Shown here: one piece after another, positions 21,249 through 31,800 of the stretch
Layout of the letters: every line of letters starts with the position of its first letter
Numbering within the stretch: position 1 is the first letter of the stretch
NCBI GenBank assembly: GCA_965218465.1
Contig: OZ244623.1
Coordinates: 2,868,097-2,932,096, forward strand
Direction of reading: 5' to 3'
Length of the DNA stretch: 64,000 nt
Source of the DNA: Acidobacteriota bacterium
Lineage (GTDB): Bacteria > Acidobacteriota > UBA6911 > RPQK01 > G965218465
Notes under the pieces: model-generated
Database searches by the model: none
Told to the model about the DNA's origin: nothing
Seen by the model: the letters and a program-made list of their open reading frames with translations, nothing else
Position numbers and translations under genes: made by a program

Positions 21249-22415
21249 CTAGCCAGCAGCATCGTCCTGCGGAAGTCTCCAAACGGCAGTCCATGCCTTG
21301 TCAACTCGGATCAACGGCGCGTCCCTGTCCGTCTTCATCTGCCGTCCATGGACTACGCGGACAGCGTCCCCGACGTCGGGCAGATCCATGTCGTCCATTC
21401 TCATCCATTTACTTGGAATCTGCTCGATTGAAACGCGTTGTCCAAACACTGTCCCGGCCTGCCTCGATAGGACCAAAGTCGTGAGCGAGACGCCCTGAAC
21501 CTGTCGGCTCTCTATCTCAGCAATGTTCCCCTCCACGTGTGATCCGCAGTCCGTAGCCCATTCGGGTTGCGCTTCAGTCCAGAATGGACCACAGAATGGC
21601 AGACATGGGCAAAACGAGCAATTGCCGGGAGACGGAGAGGCGAGATCTCGGAAGGAAGCTCCCTCGGAGACCGCGGCATTAAATCTACCAAGCTGTTTCT
21701 TCGCACAGTCGGCCTCGGCCTCGGCCTCGGCCGGCGAAATCGCGAATTCACAGCGCTGTCCGTCACCTCGTACAACCGCACCCGTGCTTACGTCTGTTCC
21801 GTTCTCTGCGGCAATATATGCGTACAGTCGAAGTTGGCGCGCCTCAGAATCGGACACAATACCCCCCTCGGCTTCAGACATATGCCCTGTTTTGTAATCT
21901 ACAACTACGCCGGCCCGGCCGTCGATATAGTCGGCCCGGCCGACGACCCGGCCATCCCTCGAACTAAGACGGGATTCCGTCCTCACTGCTGGAGAAGCTA
22001 ATCTCGCCGCTTCAGCGGCAGAACTGGCCGACGGCATTCGAGACAAAGCGATGGGAGTTGCCGTAAGTGCAGCCCGTTCGCGGTTCAGGTGGTAGAAGGG
22101 CAGGCGGTCCGCAGAGGGGAACTTCAACTTGACCAAGCGGTGGGCGCCCAGATGAAGTTTCTGCGCCGTCTTGTCGAACAGCCGCCTTGCCGGAGAGCGG
22201 TCGCTGACGGCTGCCACCGGGAGCTCCCCTCTATGCGCGGCCGCCACAACCACATGGAAAGCCGTTCCTAGGATCGCCGCCGGGTGCTGAGGCAGAACAC
22301 CGACATCCCCAAAAGCGAACCATGCCGCCTTGGCGAGGCAGTGTATGCTGGCTTCATAGATGCTCGGTGTAATGCGCTTGAGCTGAGCTAGAAGCGGCGG
22401 CTCCGGGACGATCAT
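21249..22415 (-). CDS. RecB-family PD-(D/E)xK nuclease with Cas4-like C-terminal Cys cluster
   Basis: Motifs GRADYIDGRAGVVVDYKTG (motif II/III, hhhDYKTG) and QLRLYAY (QxxxY). C-terminal CSFCPCLPFC is a putative Fe-S/Zn cluster as in Cas4/AddB nucleases. Confidence 0.65.
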   Translation of the reverse strand: MIVPEPPLLAQLKRITPSIYEASIHCLAKAAWFAFGDVGVLPQHPAAILGTAFHVVVAAAHRGELPVAAVSDRSPARRLFDKTAQKLHLGAHRLVKLKFPSADRLPFYHLNRERAALTATPIALSRMPSASSAAEAARLASPAVRTESRLSSRDGRVVGRADYIDGRAGVVVDYKTGHMSEAEGGIVSDSEARQLRLYAYIAAENGTDVSTGAVVRGDGQRCEFAISPAEAEAEADCAKKQLGRFNAAVSEGASFRDLASPSPGNCSFCPCLPFCGPFWTEAQPEWATDCGSHVEGNIAEIESRQVQGVSLTTLVLSRQAGTVFGQRVSIEQIPSKWMRMDDMDLPDVGDAVRVVHGRQMKTDRDAPLIRVDKAWTAVWRLPQDDAAG

Positions 22416-22430
22416 GCTGTCATCAACTCC

Positions 22431-25400
22431 TCATTCATAAGGAAACCGAACAGCACGAAATACTGACCGCAGAGTCACGCTAAAGCCCTGCCCTTGCGCG
22501 TCTGAAACGGCGGCGGCCACCTCCGGGCGGAAGTTGGACGAATCCGTGTCCCAAAGCGGGTGGGTCAGGATAATGGCTTCATTGTTGAATGGATCAACTC
22601 CTCCGGACAATGCATCGAAGGTCCTCGTCTTCATTTGGAGGCCCTCGAAATAGGTCGGAGCAATACGGGCGACAAGATCGGACCAGTGGCTTGTGGTGAG
22701 ATCAATACGGGCGTTAGGATCAAGGGCCAGTTGCGCCATGTCGAGCCCCAACCTCCAGTCGAGTATTGGGTGAAAGGCCATGTTTCCGAATTCACGAAGA
22801 CAGCGGTGGCAAGAATTGACACAGTCATGGCTGTGCGGCGGCGTCACGAGCAGTCGATGAAACGAGTCGGGTGGAGTGCTCCGCGTCCAGGAGGGGCGCG
22901 CCTGCCCTAGGACAAACCGGAGGAGTTCTTCGAAGCGGACGGAGTCTCCTAGGAACGTGCTGTATCCAGCTCCGTTTTCCAGGTTGTCGGAGATGAAGAT
23001 GCGGGCGGTCGGTGGCGCGAACGGCGTGGAGAGGTCGGCAATAGGCTGGATTCCGAGGTCGAGTTCAGAATCATTTACGTCGAGGCTGACTGCGGCGGCC
23101 CGCCGGACAAGGAATCCGAAGGAATACCATGCGGCCTTCGCCTCCGGCTTGGATGGATTCAGGCAGAGTCCCACTGAGACAACGTTGATTCCGGCAGCCA
23201 TGACATCCGTATTGGATATGGCGCCAAGAGCACGCCGGACTCCGGGCGTCGCCGAATCGAACGACGGCCGTTGAATCCGTCCCCGCTCGGCGGCAGGAAG
23301 GTCGCGAAGAGCACTATCGAACGCTTCCTCAACCATCCAGAAATTTTGATTCGCTAGCTTTCGGAATTCGAAGTCGCTCCCATCGTTGTCGTTGATGCGG
23401 TAGATTCTGGCGGAGCCGCTGTCGATGCTGAAGTTTCTGTGAGTCCTGTAGTTGTCCAGCCCAGCCCCCATGCGGGCCCTCAAGGCCCTGGGCGTGAATT
23501 GGAAGCCACCCCGAAACTCGGCGCGGTCGGATATCGTCCACCAAGTGCTGAATCCAGGAGGTTCGGTCAATTCCGCTAGTCGATAGCCGTCCGGTCCGTG
23601 CGCGGCCGAACAATATGGGCACCTACCCGACTGCTCAGGCTGGGTAACCAGGGCCTGGCATCGACGGCATACGCCAACAATCTCTGACTCTCCGAGTGGA
23701 TTCGGCGCCAGGGCGACGCCCCCCATATCGGGGACGAATTCAACCACTCCGACGGCCGTGTGAAGCTTGTCGTCTTTGATTGACTGTGCACCAGGCGCAA
23801 ACTGGCTGATGGCGATGTCAAGTTCGCGGTCGATAATCCCGTACTGAGGAGGCCAGCGGATTGGTTGCTTATGATGCAGGAGGCGCGTTCGCGTCGGGAA
23901 GCCAAACATTGGAAGTACACCGTGGGAGGCCAAACGTTCGCTAAGCGCATGATGCGTGTTGCTGCTGCCGGCGATTTCATCGATCCGGTCGAGCAACTCC
24001 GTTTTGACGTACTGGGTGATGCTCGTAACGCCAGCCGTGTTGTCCATTGCAGTTCGACGCAGAATGTGGTGTCCGATGTCCTCGATAAATAGTCCGTTGA
24101 CAGCAATCCAGTCTGAGACGGTCTGTCGATAACCGGACCACTTCCCGACGGTTCCAAACTCTCCATGAACATTCTCGCCTGAGTGCTCGATCTCGATGCC
24201 TTCAAACGAATGCCGAAGTACTTCTTTGTTGACGACTCGCTGCGCGATTTCCGGCCGCGAAACATCCACATACGGGCGAGGTGGCGGCTCAGCTGTAATT
24301 AGATGAGGCCGTTCAAAATAATAGTCATCGTGGCTGCGGCCCCGGCAGAGCGTCAATGCTGCTGACATTCCAAGACCCCTCCGTCCGGCACGTCCGACCC
24401 TCTGCTGGTAGTTGAAACGGATGGGGGGCATGTTCGCCATGCCGATCATCTGCAGCGATCCGATGTCTACGCCCGCCTCCATGGTTGTAGTGACGCTGAG
24501 GAGGTCCACTCCGAAGGCCTTTTCAAGTTCTCGATCAAGGAAGATCTCCTGGAACCATCTCTGTCGGTCGATGCGGTCGTCACGGTCCGTCTGTCCAGTG
24601 AGTTCCTCGCAGTTGAGGCGAAACGGATCGTCGTTGCATCGAGCCAGGTATTCATAGAAGTCCATTTCGCTGGCGTCCGAAGCCGTGGGATGGCGATGCG
24701 GCGCGTTCGGAAGCCGATTCCGGCAGACCGTACAAATACCGCCGGACGCATGCAGGTGGACGGAACCGCATCTTTGGCAAGAGAAGACATCGATGCACAC
24801 GTCCGTTCCAGGGACGGGGGTCAACACGTAAAGGCGTTGCGGGACAACCAGCCATTGATCCACGGCGTCGCTCAACAGAGTTAGGATGTCCTCCAGCAAT
24901 GTAGCTGCGTCGAGCCCATTGAGATCGGCGACGGCCTGAGCGTACCGGCGGATGTCTCGGGGCGCTTGAAGTCTGCCGTCCGACGCCGGAGTCCAACGGA
25001 ATCTCTTTGCTAGCATTCTGACTATGGAAGCCGCCGCGCACTCCTGCACAGTAGCTGGCCCCGAGTCATTGATCCAAAGGAGCCCAAGCCTCAGCGACTC
25101 GAAGTCACGGCTTCCCCCTGCGAAGAGAACGTCGTTTATGACGGAGCGCAACAACTCGGCTTCAATTCGATCCCGCAACTCCTGCTCAACCGGCTGAAGG
25201 TCCAGCCGATATCTGTGCTGCTCCACGTTCCAGTCGAAGATGTCCGTCCAAGGGATCGTCGTTGTCTGCCACTTATACTCCCTTACGCCTGGCAATGGCC
25301 CACCCGGATTTATCCCGATTCGTAGGAGCGACTCTCGCACGAAATCCACAAGGGCGTTGAACGACATGCTGCCGAAGCCGGTAGGCGGCGAGGGGCGTTG

Positions 25401-27962
25401 TAACGATCCCTTAGACCCGGCAAGCTGCATGACACGGCCGACGACTCCGGCCTCAAGTGTCTGGATGAGCTCTTGAAGGCGGCTCATCTCAGCCGCGTCG
25501 AGGGATTGCATATTCTGTTTCCGGACAAGCATTAGGAGTTCACATGACTGTTGGTATGACTCCATGGACCGGGCGTATTCGGATTCGGAGTTTTCAATCT
25601 GCTTCATGAGACGGCGGAACACTGTCTGCCGGACATTGTCCAGATAGTGTGCGTGTTTGATGCCGGTGGACAGCTTTGCAGCGTCTTGGCGGCTGTCCGA
25701 GAAAAGGACGAGCTTTCGCCTCCTGGAATCGGGGATCTCCCGCATCATGCCGTCACTCAAGAGCTGCATGACGCGCTGGAAGCCGGAGCCCAGATCGCGG
25801 ATAGGGGACTCAATTCGCCGCCGCGACCAGTCGTCTCCGCAGTGCGGGCACTTTCTAGGAAAGGCGTTTGCTTCGTCATCGGTGCTGTTGAAGGCGAAGC
25901 CGACCGATTCCTGCGCCCGCGCGTTTCTTGATCTCATTTCATAGGTCAGGCGGCCGGGAATCGATTGAAGGGCGGCGGGATGCCAACGGTGGCTGCCGTC
26001 CAGCCACCTCCATTGCGGGCCGGCATGCGTTGATCGATAAATCGGCCGCCCGTTAGCAGGCCAGAAGACGAGATATTCTCCGAACTTCCTGTTGAGCGAG
26101 GCCGATCGGTCAGGGACCTGATCCAAGTTCGGATAGTCGGGAGACAGAAACCAAGCATTCGGGGAGTTGGGGTCCAACTTCTTGTACCCCCCGAGGAACA
26201 CCTCTCCGCACGGCTGGCAGTATAGCAGTTCGAGAACACGGGACCCGCAAGAATCACAGCGGGGCACCGGGTCGGCAAACAACCGCCCGACCGGAGGAGT
26301 ATCTTGACCGGTTGGCGTTGTCGCCGTGCGGCCTGAGCAACCCGGGTTTACACATGCCCAAATTCTTCCCGCATTATGGAAGAAGTAATGAATGCGAAAC
26401 GGTAGCGGAGCAACCATACTCCCTGGCTCTGCACCCGGTATGCGAGCATGGATCAAGCCACGGACGAGTCCGCGTGTGGCTGCAATATCGGCATTAGAAG
26501 TGTTGCCAAAAACTATAGATGAAAGACGCTCAAGGGTCAGCGGCTCATTCTCACAAGCCGCCCGCAACGGCTCAAGAGCATGAATCTCCTTGTAGCCACG
26601 TGCGAAAACCTCGGCCGGTTTACCGATTGTCTCGGCCCCAACCACAGACGCAAATTCCCTCGCGGCCTGATCAAGTGGAATCGAATCTAAATTATTGTTA
26701 AGAGAGGAGAACACTCTTGCGTACGGCAGCATCCCGGAGCGCGGGGCCGGAAACTTCCGTTGCCGGCCTGAGAGTATCTCGAACGAGCCTCCATCACGGC
26801 CGAAGAACTGCTCCAGGTAAGTACGGCTCTGGTCGTCGTTGCTTATAGACGCGCTGGTCGCAATGATCCTTAGTTGCGGCGAATCCGGATCGAGGCCGAT
26901 TCGATGCAGGAGCGCCCGGAGCAGGTAACCCACCTCAGTTCCTGGCGTACCCCGGTACGTGTGCAGTTCGTCTACAACCAGATGGAACACATGGTTACTG
27001 CGGTCTGCCTCCAACCACGCCTTTGTCAGATCGAAAATGTTGCTTTCGAGCTCCCGCATCAACATGATGTTCAGCATGCTGTAGTTCGTAATCAAGATGT
27101 CCGGTGGATGGCTCTGCATGTCCCACCTCGACCACATCTCTGATCCCTCCGGATTCTGAAAGTAGTGCAGGATGTCGTCCGATCCTCGCGTGGCTGCAGA
27201 CGCCTGTGCGCGTCCCCAATTGCAGTCCATTTCAAGCAGCCGCCTCTTGAGTTCAGCTCGCTTGGGGGGGCTCTCCTCGGTCCCGGAAACAGGGGCGACG
27301 GCGTTGTACCGACCGAACCAGAAATGATGCTTGGCGAATGGTCCTGAGAACCACTGCCTTGCCTCTTCATTGTCGCAGGCTTGTCGGATGCGGCCCAGTT
27401 GGTCCTCGATAAGCGCGTTCAGGGGATACAACATCAGCGCACGCACGGCGCACGGACGGTCCACGGATTCGTGCCCCCGTTGTGGAATGCGGGGTTGATA
27501 TGGATGCCTCCACCACATGTGTCTGGTGGGCACAGAGGATTGTGTCCCCCACCCGCGCATGAGGTCCTCGACCAAATAGGCGAAGATCGGCAGCAGATAG
27601 CATTCGGTCTTACCGGAGCCCGTTCCTGTCGTCACGACAACTGAGCGCCCGGCGCGAGAATGCCGCCATGCGTCAACTTGATGTTCATAGAGGGGAATTT
27701 CAGCCCGGAAAAGCCCGCGAGTGATGAAGTCAGCAGCCTCGGTGGGAACGCCCAGACGTGCGCATGTCTTTTCGACGGTCAGTTCGGAGCTCTCGTACGG
27801 AGGAACCGGCTCGATCAGAGGTTCGCGAAATAGTCGGCGGTCCTGAAATAGAAGGCGGCGCCTTTCCTCCCGAAGAGCGTCGTAGCGCAACCGGAACGGG
27901 CTGTCGAGATACCGCTGGTATGCAAGTTGAATCTCCTCGAACACCTTAAACGGATCGTTCAT
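22431..27962 (-). CDS. giant SF2 DExH helicase with internal Zn-ribbon insertion and C-terminal DUF1998-like (MrfA-type) Zn-binding domain; Druantia DruE-like / DISARM DrmA-like
   Basis: 1843 aa. Walker A VVVTTGTGSGKTE (~aa 105). DExH HLVVDELHTY (~aa 330). Motif III IATSAS. Motif VI QQRVGRAGRRG only at ~aa 1175. Between the RecA lobes lie CxxC pairs (CDSCGSR...CQPCGE; CPHCGDD; CQRCGS...CTVCRN). C-terminal CRRCQAL...CPYCSA and CVNSCHRC form a DUF1998-like tail. Confidence 0.75.
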   Translation of the reverse strand: MNDPFKVFEEIQLAYQRYLDSPFRLRYDALREERRRLLFQDRRLFREPLIEPVPPYESSELTVEKTCARLGVPTEAADFITRGLFRAEIPLYEHQVDAWRHSRAGRSVVVTTGTGSGKTECYLLPIFAYLVEDLMRGWGTQSSVPTRHMWWRHPYQPRIPQRGHESVDRPCAVRALMLYPLNALIEDQLGRIRQACDNEEARQWFSGPFAKHHFWFGRYNAVAPVSGTEESPPKRAELKRRLLEMDCNWGRAQASAATRGSDDILHYFQNPEGSEMWSRWDMQSHPPDILITNYSMLNIMLMRELESNIFDLTKAWLEADRSNHVFHLVVDELHTYRGTPGTEVGYLLRALLHRIGLDPDSPQLRIIATSASISNDDQSRTYLEQFFGRDGGSFEILSGRQRKFPAPRSGMLPYARVFSSLNNNLDSIPLDQAAREFASVVGAETIGKPAEVFARGYKEIHALEPLRAACENEPLTLERLSSIVFGNTSNADIAATRGLVRGLIHARIPGAEPGSMVAPLPFRIHYFFHNAGRIWACVNPGCSGRTATTPTGQDTPPVGRLFADPVPRCDSCGSRVLELLYCQPCGEVFLGGYKKLDPNSPNAWFLSPDYPNLDQVPDRSASLNRKFGEYLVFWPANGRPIYRSTHAGPQWRWLDGSHRWHPAALQSIPGRLTYEMRSRNARAQESVGFAFNSTDDEANAFPRKCPHCGDDWSRRRIESPIRDLGSGFQRVMQLLSDGMMREIPDSRRRKLVLFSDSRQDAAKLSTGIKHAHYLDNVRQTVFRRLMKQIENSESEYARSMESYQQSCELLMLVRKQNMQSLDAAEMSRLQELIQTLEAGVVGRVMQLAGSKGSLQRPSPPTGFGSMSFNALVDFVRESLLRIGINPGGPLPGVREYKWQTTTIPWTDIFDWNVEQHRYRLDLQPVEQELRDRIEAELLRSVINDVLFAGGSRDFESLRLGLLWINDSGPATVQECAAASIVRMLAKRFRWTPASDGRLQAPRDIRRYAQAVADLNGLDAATLLEDILTLLSDAVDQWLVVPQRLYVLTPVPGTDVCIDVFSCQRCGSVHLHASGGICTVCRNRLPNAPHRHPTASDASEMDFYEYLARCNDDPFRLNCEELTGQTDRDDRIDRQRWFQEIFLDRELEKAFGVDLLSVTTTMEAGVDIGSLQMIGMANMPPIRFNYQQRVGRAGRRGLGMSAALTLCRGRSHDDYYFERPHLITAEPPPRPYVDVSRPEIAQRVVNKEVLRHSFEGIEIEHSGENVHGEFGTVGKWSGYRQTVSDWIAVNGLFIEDIGHHILRRTAMDNTAGVTSITQYVKTELLDRIDEIAGSSNTHHALSERLASHGVLPMFGFPTRTRLLHHKQPIRWPPQYGIIDRELDIAISQFAPGAQSIKDDKLHTAVGVVEFVPDMGGVALAPNPLGESEIVGVCRRCQALVTQPEQSGRCPYCSAAHGPDGYRLAELTEPPGFSTWWTISDRAEFRGGFQFTPRALRARMGAGLDNYRTHRNFSIDSGSARIYRINDNDGSDFEFRKLANQNFWMVEEAFDSALRDLPAAERGRIQRPSFDSATPGVRRALGAISNTDVMAAGINVVSVGLCLNPSKPEAKAAWYSFGFLVRRAAAVSLDVNDSELDLGIQPIADLSTPFAPPTARIFISDNLENGAGYSTFLGDSVRFEELLRFVLGQARPSWTRSTPPDSFHRLLVTPPHSHDCVNSCHRCLREFGNMAFHPILDWRLGLDMAQLALDPNARIDLTTSHWSDLVARIAPTYFEGLQMKTRTFDALSGGVDPFNNEAIILTHPLWDTDSSNFRPEVAAAVSDAQGQGFSVTLRSVFRAVRFPYE

Positions 27963-27978
27963 GGGTCTATTTCACTCG

Positions 27979-28875
27979 TTAGGGCAGGACGGTAACTCCA
28001 GGGTGCGGTTGACCGGCGGCGACCATCAGCAGAGCGGCCACTTCGGGGGTTACATCGAAGTAGACAAACCGTCCGTCAATTAATTGCGCAGGACGGCACG
28101 CACAGAGACATGCGGCTCGGGAATATAGTGCTGGCATCGGTGCGAACAACGGCACACTCAACTCCAGGGAATGAGGCTCGTAATCAATCAGACGAACCCC
28201 CTTCAGCATGGCAGCCGCATAGAGGGACTCCCGCTTGGGCATCCTCAACAGCTTCCCGCTTCTTCTGCGAACGTAGTATTGGGGTCGGCCGTAGGTGGGC
28301 GTAAACTCACACGCCGCATTCGGCAAAAGTCCGTCGACCCACGCGCGTATGCCAAGGTCGAAGAACCGGGCCTTCCAGTTTAACGGGGCTGGTTCCTGAG
28401 CCGCGGCCTCGAATACGCATGGAATGGGAGGAACGTTTTCCGCAATTCGTCTCCCGTTATCAGGTTGATAAGCCACTCCAATGTGGCTGGAGATTTCGGC
28501 AATCACCCGCCTTTCACCAACGACACGGAAGGATGTCGGACAGTCCTTGAGGGCTTCCTCTTGGAGCTTGCCTCCATGCACTTTAGCCCCGTTCCTTAGC
28601 GCCTCGACAAGAGCAGGAGTGCGTCTTCCATAAAGGACGGCAGCATCCGCCTGGGCGGCAAGGCCTCCAAGGACGGGCGGCAGCATGTTCCACCGCTGAG
28701 AACCATCTACAAAAAAATCGGTGAAGCCGAGATCCGACAAACCAACTCTCAGTGCGCGGGACAACTCCAGCGGATCACGATCTCCACTTACAATCTCCTC
28801 AGCCGCCTTTCGAAACCTTATCCATGACCCCTCTCCCAAGTGGGTCATCCATGTCAGTAACAGATCGCAGTTCAT
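27979..28875 (-). CDS. hypothetical protein (positionally DruG-like)
   Basis: 298 aa with no recognisable motif. Its start overlaps the upstream gene's stop by ATGA (translational coupling). A 17-bp gap separates it from the helicase gene. Confidence 0.5.
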   Translation of the reverse strand: MNCDLLLTWMTHLGEGSWIRFRKAAEEIVSGDRDPLELSRALRVGLSDLGFTDFFVDGSQRWNMLPPVLGGLAAQADAAVLYGRRTPALVEALRNGAKVHGGKLQEEALKDCPTSFRVVGERRVIAEISSHIGVAYQPDNGRRIAENVPPIPCVFEAAAQEPAPLNWKARFFDLGIRAWVDGLLPNAACEFTPTYGRPQYYVRRRSGKLLRMPKRESLYAAAMLKGVRLIDYEPHSLELSVPLFAPMPALYSRAACLCACRPAQLIDGRFVYFDVTPEVAALLMVAAGQPHPGVTVLP

Positions 28876-31800
28876 TGGGGCTTCTTGAGTTTCCGCTTTA
28901 TGTTCTTCGCCAATGCGGCGTATTTCTTCCAGCCGTCAACGATGCCTTCATCGGGGACAGCCCCGTTCAGTCCAACGAAGCGCGGGCGGCGGATGTGCGC
29001 CTCGTAAACGACGGTGCTCCACTGCTCGATTAGCTTCCGAGTTTGCACCGTTAGCCTGCGAAGGGTGAGCATTCGTGGTGGACTTGGATAGGAAGCAACC
29101 GCGACCACCGCGCCAGGGCCTGCACCCACTCGGATGGCCCAACTGGGATGGAATGGACATGACGCGATAGTTCCCTGGAAAAACTCTTCGTCTGAGTAGC
29201 AGACCTGGTCCGGCGAGTTGCCTATCAAGGTCCATGAGCCATGCGGCAAGGCAATCCTTCTGCTACGGTCAGCATCGAGCGATTCATGAAGTTCAGTCTG
29301 GCTCTGGACAGACAGTTGCGGCCGTTCTATTGCAATTCTCCTTCGCATGCTACCCGCCTCGACGAGATATTCGCCGGGCTCAGAGAAGACCCCTTCCGCC
29401 AGCAACTCACCGCTCGCATCAACTCCCACCGATGCGCCGTTCACCTTTATACGGTCTCGTGCCTCCATGCCGGACACTAGGATTCGCGGCGGGGCTCCCG
29501 TGAGCCATGACCAGCGGCGTCCTAGCCGCAGGCCACCCGCAACGATCAATTTAATTTTTCGATCGACTTCCAACGCCTCAAGAGTAGCGGGCGCTTCGAC
29601 ATGGACGCGTGCCGAAACATCGCGGAACATGGACCAACCGTTCGGCAGCAGTGGGTGTGATACCGGGCTCAGCAAGCCTTGCGCAACTTCGCTCAGGTAG
29701 TCTTTCACTATGGGGACAATGTTGTCGCAGCATAGAACGGAGCACCTGACACCACGCAGCAGGCGTCGGCTCGATAGAAAACCGCTGTAGCTTGATGACG
29801 GTGTGAAAGGAATGGCCAACGCCCCAGAGCGCCTCAGCGTAAAGTCGATGCCTCTTGCATGCGACAACCACTCGAAGCCGCTTTCCAAAAGTTCTCCATC
29901 CTCCGAACGGAGTTGCGCGGGGTCGTACCACCCTTCGTCTGATGCCTCGAACACCCGCTTCCCGTCCCCGAACACTTTAGGAAATCCGGGAGGCCGCCGA
30001 GGCAAGTAGAAGAAAACCGGGCTCCTCTGGACAACATCGAACTGAATCTCGACCAGTGCGCTACGCCTGCTGGGCGACTCGCAAAAGCTTCCGTCCCATG
30101 CTTCCAATTCAGCACTCGCTTGGGCAGAAATGGCGGCGGAGCGGTCGTCATAAAGGGCACTCGTAGCGGTTGGCGTAAGCATGTTCCGTGACTGTTGCCA
30201 CCGCCTCAAATCGGAGAGCAGGCGGTCATGCCGGACCCGGGCTCCAGGCTGGTATCCCGCCCAAGAAAAGAACACCGGGAGCTTCTCGATGTCCAAGGAC
30301 CGAAGCGGAACGTGCGTCAACGGCAACGCAACGAACCGCCTGAACCCCGTGTCGCTTTTCGGCATCGCAAGCTGGCGCCTATGTGCTTTACGAAGCCAAG
30401 TGTGCAGGAACACCCAAAGCGACTCGAACACCGCTGGATTAAATCCGGGAGGGTGTGCTCCGTGCATTTCACACTTGAGGAGGTCCGCCAAGCGCCTGTA
30501 GTAGGCGTTTCCCGACAACTCTTCGTCGGACTGCATGCGAAATGCAGCAAGGACCGAACCTGCGAGGAAGGCCGCGCAGTCAGGGGAGCCGTCGGCACTG
30601 CATCGACGCAGCACACGAAGCCGCGCGCTGTGTTGAAGAACATGCCCCTGATAAAGGTTCGCAACCGCTGTTGTGAACTGCTGCTCTGCCTGCTCAGGCG
30701 TTATTGGACCCAAGCCGGCCTCCTCGAACACTCTCGCCAATATGCGGGGGTTGACGCACAAGAGAGCTTCTTCTGAGGATGGGCCCGCAAGCAGCAATTG
30801 CTCGACAACAGCGGTGTTCCAGCGGGCATACTCATGGTCGACCGCGGAAACGTCCTGGACCGCCACTAGATATTCATGTGCATCCTCTGGAAGTGTTAGC
30901 TGACGTGGAGATGGATCTCTCCAGTCATCGGCGGTCGCCCACACGTCTTCTTCTGTCGGTTTCTGGGGCTCTTCTTCGGCCTGCGGACGATCCATACATC
31001 CCGACTCCGATTTGCCCACACCCACTGAGGTGGTCCTGTGCGCCTCCGGCGACGCATCTCGTCCGCATCGGTTCTCGTTTAGTAGACTTGCTGGGCTTGT
31101 GGACAAAGTACCGGCGGATGCGTCTTCCGCAGTCCGCTCACCAGCGTTTGGAGAGGATATGGTGGTTATTCCCTTGTGTTGGACATCAAGGGGCGGATGA
31201 GGATCGGAGCGAGGAGCCACCTCATCTATTTGAGACGTGTCCTCGTGGACAGATCTGTGGTCCACACCGCTGTCGCCTGCACCTGCGACTTCTGGGCGTG
31301 CCGAATCGTCCCCGTCCTCGTTCCCATTGGTCATTCTGCCTTCTCGGACAGTACACGGCGTGGCCGCTTCATGACCAGTTTCGACGTTTCTCGGCGGTTC
31401 CTCAGCCGACGACTCGTCGACTCCCATTTGTACTGGGTAGCGCGTTGGATCGTGTTCCATTGCCTCATCGACCGAGACGATTTCTTCGCCGAAGCCTCCT
31501 TCAGAGCTAGGTCCAGATTCAGAGCCGGGGTTCGCGTCTCGTATCGGCTGCTTCTCCTGCACCAATGGCTTCGGAGTTTCTGTTGCGACGGTTTCAGAAT
31601 CCGTTTCTCCTTCGGTAACGCTCCCAACCTGAATGGGTTTAACAGACTCTTCAACCTGGGATTCCTCAAGCGTATTAGTCGATCCTGCCTCGATCGGTTG
31701 ATCGCTCAACTGGTCACCGCTCCCGTCATCGGTTGACGCTAGCGCGGATTGGTGGACGCCGGGTTGGTCTTTGTCAGGCGTCAGTGATGCTTCAGAAGCG

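Noticed and set aside
22431-27962. Considered whether the 1843-aa helicase could be a Cas3, Lhr or SNF2 (DrmD/BrxHII) protein
   Set aside because: It has no HD domain, no SNF2 Q/Ia motifs or Lhr-type C-terminal domain. It has Cys4 Zn-ribbons and a DUF1998-like tail, and the true Cas3 lies at 61574+.
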